A program made the position numbers and the translations under genes. The notes beneath the pieces are model-generated. The model ran no database searches. It saw nothing but the letters and a program-made list of their open reading frames with translations, and was not told the DNA's origin. Below are positions 56,031-64,000 of a DNA stretch of 64,000 bases, in pieces; position 1 is the stretch's first letter, and the number at the start of each line of letters is the position of its first letter. The DNA is from Chrysomallon squamiferum. Lineage: Eukaryota > Animalia > Mollusca. The DNA lies in assembly GCA_012295275.1 (NCBI GenBank), contig CM022669.1, positions 1,178,001 through 1,242,000 on the forward strand, given 5' to 3'.

Positions 56031-56175
56031 GTAAATATTTAACTTTCAACTACAAACAACTGAAACATTGATTTCAACTGAGTAACACAGTAACAACCTC
56101 CATCTAAAGAGAAACACAGCGGTTAGTTGACGTTTTAACACGTCTGTACAATATATCATCTACAGCTTCAACCAG

Positions 56176-56236
<61 letters not shown>

Positions 56237-56237
56237 G

Positions 56238-56311
<74 letters not shown>

Positions 56312-56390
56312 ACACACACACACACATACACACACAGGCACACACACAAACACAGACACACACACAGACACACACACACAAACACACACA

Positions 56391-56454
<64 letters not shown>

Positions 56455-56479
56455 CAAACACACACAGACACACACACAA

Positions 56480-56514
<35 letters not shown>

Positions 56515-56774
56515 CACTCAAACAAAAAAATAATGAACTGCACGTAAATGAACTTATATCGATATTTCATTTTTATTTATATTAATCTACAGTTTTAACT
56601 GCTCGGTTGCGCATGCAGAATTAGAAAGTAGAAATTTAAGTAGAAATGTTCAATGTATTAATTAACATGTATTTGTGTACAGCAAGTATGCTTAGGTGTG
56701 TGTATTTTTATTAATTTAATAATAAATATGGATTGATTGGTGTTTATAAAAAACGAATACATATAAACAACACA

Positions 56775-56821
<47 letters not shown>

Positions 56822-57165
56822 CCGTGGTTCTGTGTGTATGTTAACACTGTGAACTGCAGGTACAGCGGTGTTTGCGAGGAGAGTAATTTGTGTTTGATTC
56901 CCCTGACTGCTCGTCTTACAACTTTACAGCATTTCTCTGCGACACGCTGGAGCCGCGTTAATCGACGTTGTTGTCATTTTTTTCCCGTTTTCTTTCTGCG
57001 TGAATCCTTTCTTCTTATGTAATGTGTGTATGTGTACATAGGTATGAATATTCTTATGTACGTGTGATTAGACTTTGTACATAGATAATATTCGAGAACG
57101 TGTCGACACACTGCAGAACAAGATCATAAAGTTCAGCCAACGAGACTCGAACCCATTCACCTAAC

Positions 57166-57252
57166 GTTGTCTTGATGGCCGAGTGGTATCGTCGTAACTT
57201 TCGGTAGTGCGAGAAAACGAGTGCCACACGTTCGAGTCTCTTCGGCGGCATC
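57166..57252 (+). mobile_element. tRNA-derived SINE head (tRNA-Ser/Leu-like)
   Basis: Pol III A box TGGCCGAGTGG (57176-57186) and B box GTTCGAGTC (57230-57238). No proper cloverleaf or acceptor stem. Followed by a (TACA)n tract. A related copy lies at 47622-47707. Confidence 0.65.
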
Positions 57253-57412
57253 TGAATTTGTGAGGTCGTGATTGGAATTTGTCCTCCGAATTTTGTCTGT
57301 TTAATCTGACGTACATAAAAACAGAATATTCATATCTAAACACATACATGCATACAAACATACATACAAAAAAACATACATACATACATACATACATACA
57401 TACATACATACA

Positions 57413-57446
<34 letters not shown>

Positions 57447-57849
57447 CACATACAAAGTACGTCAACAAATCGGTACCCATCAGGTTAAAGCAAGGCTAAC
57501 ATGTTCACAGCTCCATTTAGTTTCCATGTCCAGTGTAAATGTAAATTAAACAATCCATGTAAAAATGTATGTAATAATTATTAATATATTTAATACTGTA
57601 GTCATGACAACGATTACTCTGTGAGTTTTAAATACTCAGACATTCTCAGCCTGAAGCCATTTTGCTTCCCGCTAAAACGATGTCAACTCGAGTGTGACAG
57701 TGCTGGTTCACGCTTCAGTGATTTGCTTTGATCCTGATGAGACCACGTGTCTGCTTGTAACGTTAACGTCACGTACACGTTACAGTAATCTTGTTAGCTG
57801 AGCTCTTCTCAGAAACTTACACATCACCATACTTCACTCTCCGAGTCCT

Positions 57850-57850
57850 T

Positions 57851-57894
<44 letters not shown>

Positions 57895-57954
57895 TTATTT
57901 ATTTATTATTTATTTATTATCTATTTATTTATTTATTATATTTATTTATTATAT

Positions 57955-58019
<65 letters not shown>

Positions 58020-58078
58020 TTTATTTATTTATTTATCATCTATTTATTTATTTATTTATTATATTTATTTATTTATTT
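57850..58078. repeat. (TTTA)n microsatellite
   Basis: Directly visible. Confidence 0.95.
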
Positions 58079-58488
58079 TCAAATTAATTTTTTAAACTAC
58101 TTCTTTGTGCATTTTATTTTCTCAGTTTGTGATTACTATTTTCTTTCTTTATTTGACATCATTCATTTTTATTCGTGATTTTTCATTGCATTTGAATCTT
58201 TTCTTTTTTTCCTTTCTTGTTTTCTTTTTTCTTTCATTATAGTTTCCATTTTGGTTTCGATGTGATATTTAAGCAGTGTTTTAACATTGTCAGTAGATAA
58301 TAAAACTACACATACACTGAGAAAAACGAGAAAGATCCACAGAGGAGATTCTTGTTTTGTGGATTTCACTGCAGACTGGTAAACTGAATTAGTCCGACGT
58401 CTTACTTCACTCAGTCTGTGTAACACACTAAACACGTTAGTTATACAACACTGCTCTCCATTACTAAACATTGATTACAGTTTGTATG

Positions 58489-58608
<120 letters not shown>

Positions 58609-58849
58609 TCTCGCTCTCTGTCTGACTGTCTGTCTGTCTGACTGTATGTCTGTCTCTCTCTGTATATCTGATTGTCTCTCTGTCTGTCTGTCTCTCTGGG
58701 TCTGACTGTTTGCCTGTCTCTCTCTGTCTGACCCTGCCTGTCTCTCTGTATGTCTGTCTGTCGGTCTCTCTGTCTCTCTGTCTGACAGTCTGTCTCTCTT
58801 TCTCTCTAGCTCTGTCACCGTCGTTCATTCCCTCTCCTCCTATCTACCC

Positions 58850-58884
<35 letters not shown>

Positions 58885-60080
58885 TTCTCTTAGAACACTG
58901 GAAGTAGGATGTGACCTAAAATAATAATGGAAAATGGATGCCTTTATGAATATCCTTTCCCCATTTCTTTTTCACATATCTATTCATCCATCCATCCATC
59001 CGTCTATCAATCAATCAATCTGTCTATTTGTCTGACTGTCTGTCTGTCTCTTTGTCTATCTATCCGTTTTTTTTATCTTTCTGTCTGTCTATCCATATAT
59101 CTGTATATCTATTTATCTTTCTGTCTAATATTAGTCTATGTATCAGTCTGTCAGTCTGTCTGTCTATATATTAGTATATCTATCAGTCTGTCAGTCTATC
59201 TGTCTATATTTCCTTTAATATTTTATTTGTAATCGTGGATGTGATGGAACAATCACGTGCACAGGAGCTGTGTACAGCTGAGCAGGACACGTTTAAACAC
59301 GGTTGTAACACGTAAATCGCAATAACTGTTCAAAACGTTCTGCTTCACATTCTTCTTCTTTCCACGCTAATTCGATTTGTACGAGTTTTAATTATAAGAC
59401 CGCTAACAGAATAAAACGTCTGTCGTCTCGAATTAACACAACTAAATGTCTACGTTTCGCTACAGACCTCAAGCCTTTAAGGCCAGTGCTGGATACGAAC
59501 CTGTACAAGTTTAAGACGAAACTAAAACTTTGTACAGCAGTGTTAATTGGTTCTAGTTCATTTGTCTCTCGAAACAAAATGCGTAAATCGTCTAAGCACA
59601 TGAGTGCTTGGATATGAACATTCATCGAAGCGACAATCTGTGTGCTTCAGCGGTGTGCTTTAACATTTAGTAAAGATGTATAAAAGAATTAGACAGTTCA
59701 CCATCTCAGGTCTTTTCTGTCGGGGGAATTGCAAACATCTAGATTTACCACAAACAGACCCATTCAAAGACATAAGTACTATTTCAACTGACACGTGATT
59801 CTGTCGTACACCGTATTTCAAATCACGTTACCGCGATGAAGAATAAACACCTACGGAATTACGAGCTGGGAACCAGTCTCCAAAGGGAAGCCACTCTGAA
59901 AGGGTTTGGTCAAAGGTTGATTGATTAATTTTGTGCACTGCTAAACGTCGGTTTGTCTTCACAAACACAGTTAGTGTTCCCAGGTCACTGTGCACGAGTC
60001 TGAATAGCGAGGGAAATAACATTTGAGTCATTAAAAAATTGATTACTACCCAGTTTAATTTTATATAAATCACCGGAATG

Positions 60081-60114
<34 letters not shown>

Positions 60115-60450
60115 AAAGAAACTGTGAAGCCCCACAGTGCGTTTAAGACAGACAGAAATATAAAGCTAAAAGAGAAAATAGGAGAAAAAAATGAAGAAAT
60201 TGTAATGAAAGAAAAGTCTGCTGGTCTGCAAAGAGGAGACAGGCCAGACTGAGATAGATGTATGCAGAGTGAAGCGAAACAGCTTGTCATACAGCTGAAC
60301 AGACGTACAGACGAAGCTGAAAGTAAATCTGTTAACAACGAGTGTGGAAAGTCATCTTAGAGAATCTAAAATCAGTTTACTCAACCAGCACTTCTAACAC
60401 GCTGTTGTTAAGTACACTTGTCTCGTACATGAATTGAGGCAAATGATATA

Positions 60451-61246
60451 GTTAGTATGTTAGAAGATTAGCTAGATAAATGTAGTGTAAAGAGACGAGT
60501 GTTAGTATGATAGAGAAATGTAATGTAAAGAGACGTGTGTTAGTATGTTAGAGAAATGTAATGTAAAGAGACGAGTGTTAGTATGTTAGAGAAATGTAGT
60601 GTAAAGAGACGAGTGTTAGTATGTTAGAGAAATGTAATAAAGAGACGTTAGTGTTGTAGAGACGAGTGTTAGTATGTTAGAGAAATGTAGTGTAAAGAGA
60701 CGAGTGTTAGTATGTTAGAGAAATGTAGTGTAAAGAGACGAGTGTTAGTATGTTAGAGAAATGTATTGTAAAGAGACGAGTGTTAGTATGTTAGAGAAAT
60801 GTAGTGTAAAGAGACGAGTGTTAGTATGTTAGAGAAATGTAGTATAAAGAGACGAGTGTTAGTATGTTAGAGAAATGTAGTGTAAAGAGACGAGTGTTAG
60901 TATGTTAGAGAAATGTAGTATAAAGAGACGAGTGTTAGTATTTAGTAAAATGAGACGAGTGTTAGTATGTTAGAAATGAAATGTATTGTATAAAGAGACA
61001 GTGTTAGTATGTTAAAGAGAGAGACGAGTGTTAGTATGTTAGAGAAATGTAAAAAGAGACGAGTGTTAGTATGTTAGAGAAATGTAATGTAAAGAGACGA
61101 GTGTTAGTATGTTAAAGAGAAATGTTATTGTTAGAAAATGATTGTAAAGAGACGAGTGTTAGTATGATAGAGAAATGTAGTGTAAAGAGACGAGTGTTAG
61201 TATGTTAGAGAAATGTATTGTAAAGAGACGAGTGTTAGTATGATAG
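60451..61246. repeat. Minisatellite: 38-bp unit gttagtatgttagagaaatgtagtgtaaagagacgagt (~20 copies)
   Basis: Directly visible. Confidence 0.95.
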
Positions 61247-62780
61247 TGAACGTATTATCCATTAGACGTAACCAACTGACAACAGTGAATTCAGTGGTTC
61301 TGAGACGAAACAGGAGTAGATTGTTCTTACAGTATGTAAATTGTAGCTGGTTTAATGATAATCGACACTCGACAAACTGGTGGCGAGTTCTGAAATGCGG
61401 ACAGGCCTGTGCTGTAAGTTCACGACCCGAGTTTCGCTGTGTTGATATCTGGTCTGCGCTAATTGTTGGGAGAGTAGCAATAATTCTCCCTTCGTCTCCT
61501 TAATCAATAATAGATGACGCTGGACCCCTGGTGGATTGCACAGACGCGTTTAAGACCATAAGACGCATGTCTCTTGCACCTTCCCTTTTTATTTTTTCAT
61601 TTACTCGATCTAATCGATAACATAAAGTCCATTTTAATAAACTTCATTTGTCGACCCTAGAGACTTGCTAACTGTGTAACACAGAGGTGTACTGTCATCC
61701 GAGAGAAATAAGGGCGGATCTAGATGCCCTGCAAGGAGGGGGGGGGTGAATGCAAAATTCCAATCTGATCTGCCTTTCAGAAGTTCTCAGAATTAATAAA
61801 TAGGGATCTTTAAAATAAATATTAATATATTTAATATTATTTTTTAACATTGCAGTAATAAATAATCTGCTACTACTATTAACATTAATACTGCTACTAT
61901 ATTTATTACTAATACTACTGAAACTACTTCTATTACTATTACTTTTACTATTACTGCTACTTCTTTATTATTACTTCTGTGATTATAATAACAGACAAAA
62001 AAAAACAAATTATAATAATAACAACAATAATAACATTAACAACAGGAGAAACCACACAAAGTCTACAATAACAGCTATTTCGGCTTCATTATCATCACTT
62101 TTATTACCTCATCCTTTTCCTACAGTTCTTTCTTTCATTCTTCCTTCCTTTCTGTGAAGATGTTTCTTACGCAAACTGCGTTCATTCATTAACCTTGACT
62201 AATATCGCACAAAAAACACATCATGCACACAACTTCTTGTTTCTTTTCTTGACAGTTTTCACATGGAGTTTTTTGAAAACTCTGTAACTGTCTATCAAAC
62301 TGTTTACTTTCTTCCACTCCCCGAGTGCCTAATTAAGCCACATTTACGACAAGGTTGTCAGAAAAGTCCCTTTCTGTTTCTATTGAAGAATGCTCCAACG
62401 TTTTTGTTAAATAAATACATTTTTTTCTTCGGAGCAGCTAACGTGAAGACACTACAACTGAAATATGATGTAAATTATTCAATTGCAGTTTCCTGTTGCT
62501 TTAAATGCAATTACTGTTGTACTTTATCATGAATTTTGATTAAAATTGTTTTCGTGTGAGTTAGTGTTGTATGATATCAATGTTTTGTCGGGGTGGTGGT
62601 ACTTGTGATATACAGTGGTAGTAAAGGCTCTTAGATGGTGACGTCACTAGTATATTTCGGCTGTTTCCGCAACTCATGTTTCATGTATAACAGAAGAGTT
62701 TTATTTCAGAAAGAAGAAATAGAAAAACTAAAATAACAAAATAATAAAAAAATTAAAAGAAATAAAGAAAAATGAGAGCA

Positions 62781-62814
<34 letters not shown>

Positions 62815-64000
62815 GTAATAATACTAGTAACTGTTATTGATCTTTTTGTTTGTGTTGTTCTTACAGTTTGCCTTCTTAATGCTTTGTGTCTTCTTTCGTT
62901 TAATACTTTAAGTTGAATTCCTAAAAAATCATATCTACATTCTTTTTATTTTTCTTTTCTCCATGTTTTCATGATTGTTACTTTCAGATTATTTAAAGTG
63001 CACAATTAATTTGTAACGAAGCAATACATGATGATCAACAATAATCATTATTAACTAAGTATTCGTATATAACTGAGTGAATTTATTAAGTATTTTAAAC
63101 TGAATTTTGTCTTTGTTGTGTTAATTTATTACCGGGTGAATGGGCAAATTGTCTTAGCAGAAATAAAACAGAAAGATACAAATGTGACTGAGAATCAAAG
63201 ATTGACATAATACAGATATAAGGTGACAGAGAGAGAGATGATAAGTGAGTATAAACAAATGTCAAATTAACGTAACATGAAATGAAAAAAAAAATGTTAA
63301 GTGATAGAAAGAAAACGTGATAAACAGTGTATACAACGACATCAGGACTGGCGTTATCAACAGTAATAATAACAACAAATTATAGCAATGGTGATGATGT
63401 TGTCGTTGTTGCTGGTGATGTTGAAATAACAGACACGGTGATAGATAAAGGAAAGAAATGACATATTTAATAGAAAGACGTCACAGACAAAAAGGTGGAA
63501 CGCTGCACAGAGATAAGAAAACTGGATCACAAATTGACGTAAACCAGACAGAATGGTTGACAGACATTCTGCAGACAGACAGACGTATCGACTTTAAATT
63601 TTTCAAAATGGCCTTATTTCTTCAAAGAAGTTCGCTACTTAAAACAGACATCAAGTTGAGGAGGAAAATGCGACTCGTAATCCAATAATTTGAGAGAAAT
63701 AATTCGAGAACACGGCTCATCAATTATAACAATTCGGTTTGCTTGTCTGTACTGAAGGCCTGTTTCTCAAGTCCTGTCAGTCACACGCTTAATATAAAGC
63801 TTTACAAAATATACACCGCAATAAAAGTTATGCATGAAGAGTATGTCATTTGCATTCTCAATGTCATTGCCTAGGAATAATTTGTGACTAGCATTCTCAT
63901 CAATTATTTGTTATCTGAAAGAAAAACTTTCTGTTTTAATTTAGATGTGACGTAAATGGAAATAGAACTTTAAGAAAGGGGAAAAAAAATAAAAAAGTAA

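Noticed and set aside
57166-57252. Functional tRNA gene
   Set aside because: A and B boxes are present, but the acceptor and anticodon stems do not pair. A diverged second copy indicates a SINE.
61708-61750. agggcggatctag plus a G-run resembling a hAT/MITE terminus
   Set aside because: No matching opposite terminus or TSD was found, and it is too short to support a call.

Overview
AT-rich eukaryotic (animal, probably invertebrate) genomic DNA that is almost entirely intronic or intergenic. It is dense in microsatellites and has about a dozen minisatellite arrays. That repeat landscape resembles molluscan/cephalopod assemblies, but the organism cannot be fixed from sequence alone. Nearly all ORFs in the track are microsatellite artefacts. 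One protein-coding gene is well supported, on the + strand. Its exons at 46767-47142 and 55967-56030 splice in frame to give a type II membrane protein with a TM helix, an RKKR furin site, a C-x6-C motif and the first Gly-X-Pro of a collagen domain (colmedin/gliomedin- or MACIT-like). A likely upstream leader exon ends at 37286, and the rest of the gene lies beyond the window. The window also holds a complete 2.0-kb Sola2-type DNA transposon derivative (30155-32157; ~260-bp TIRs, TATA TSD, decayed transposase) and a ~300-bp inverted repeat pair (5838-7823). Smaller features are tRNA-derived SINE heads, CTCF-like motifs in CpG-rich islands, and a chain of splice signals suggesting a - strand transcript in the first 18 kb. 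No CRISPR, rRNA, intact tRNA or prokaryotic system is present, and I found no clear-cut novel multi-gene system.
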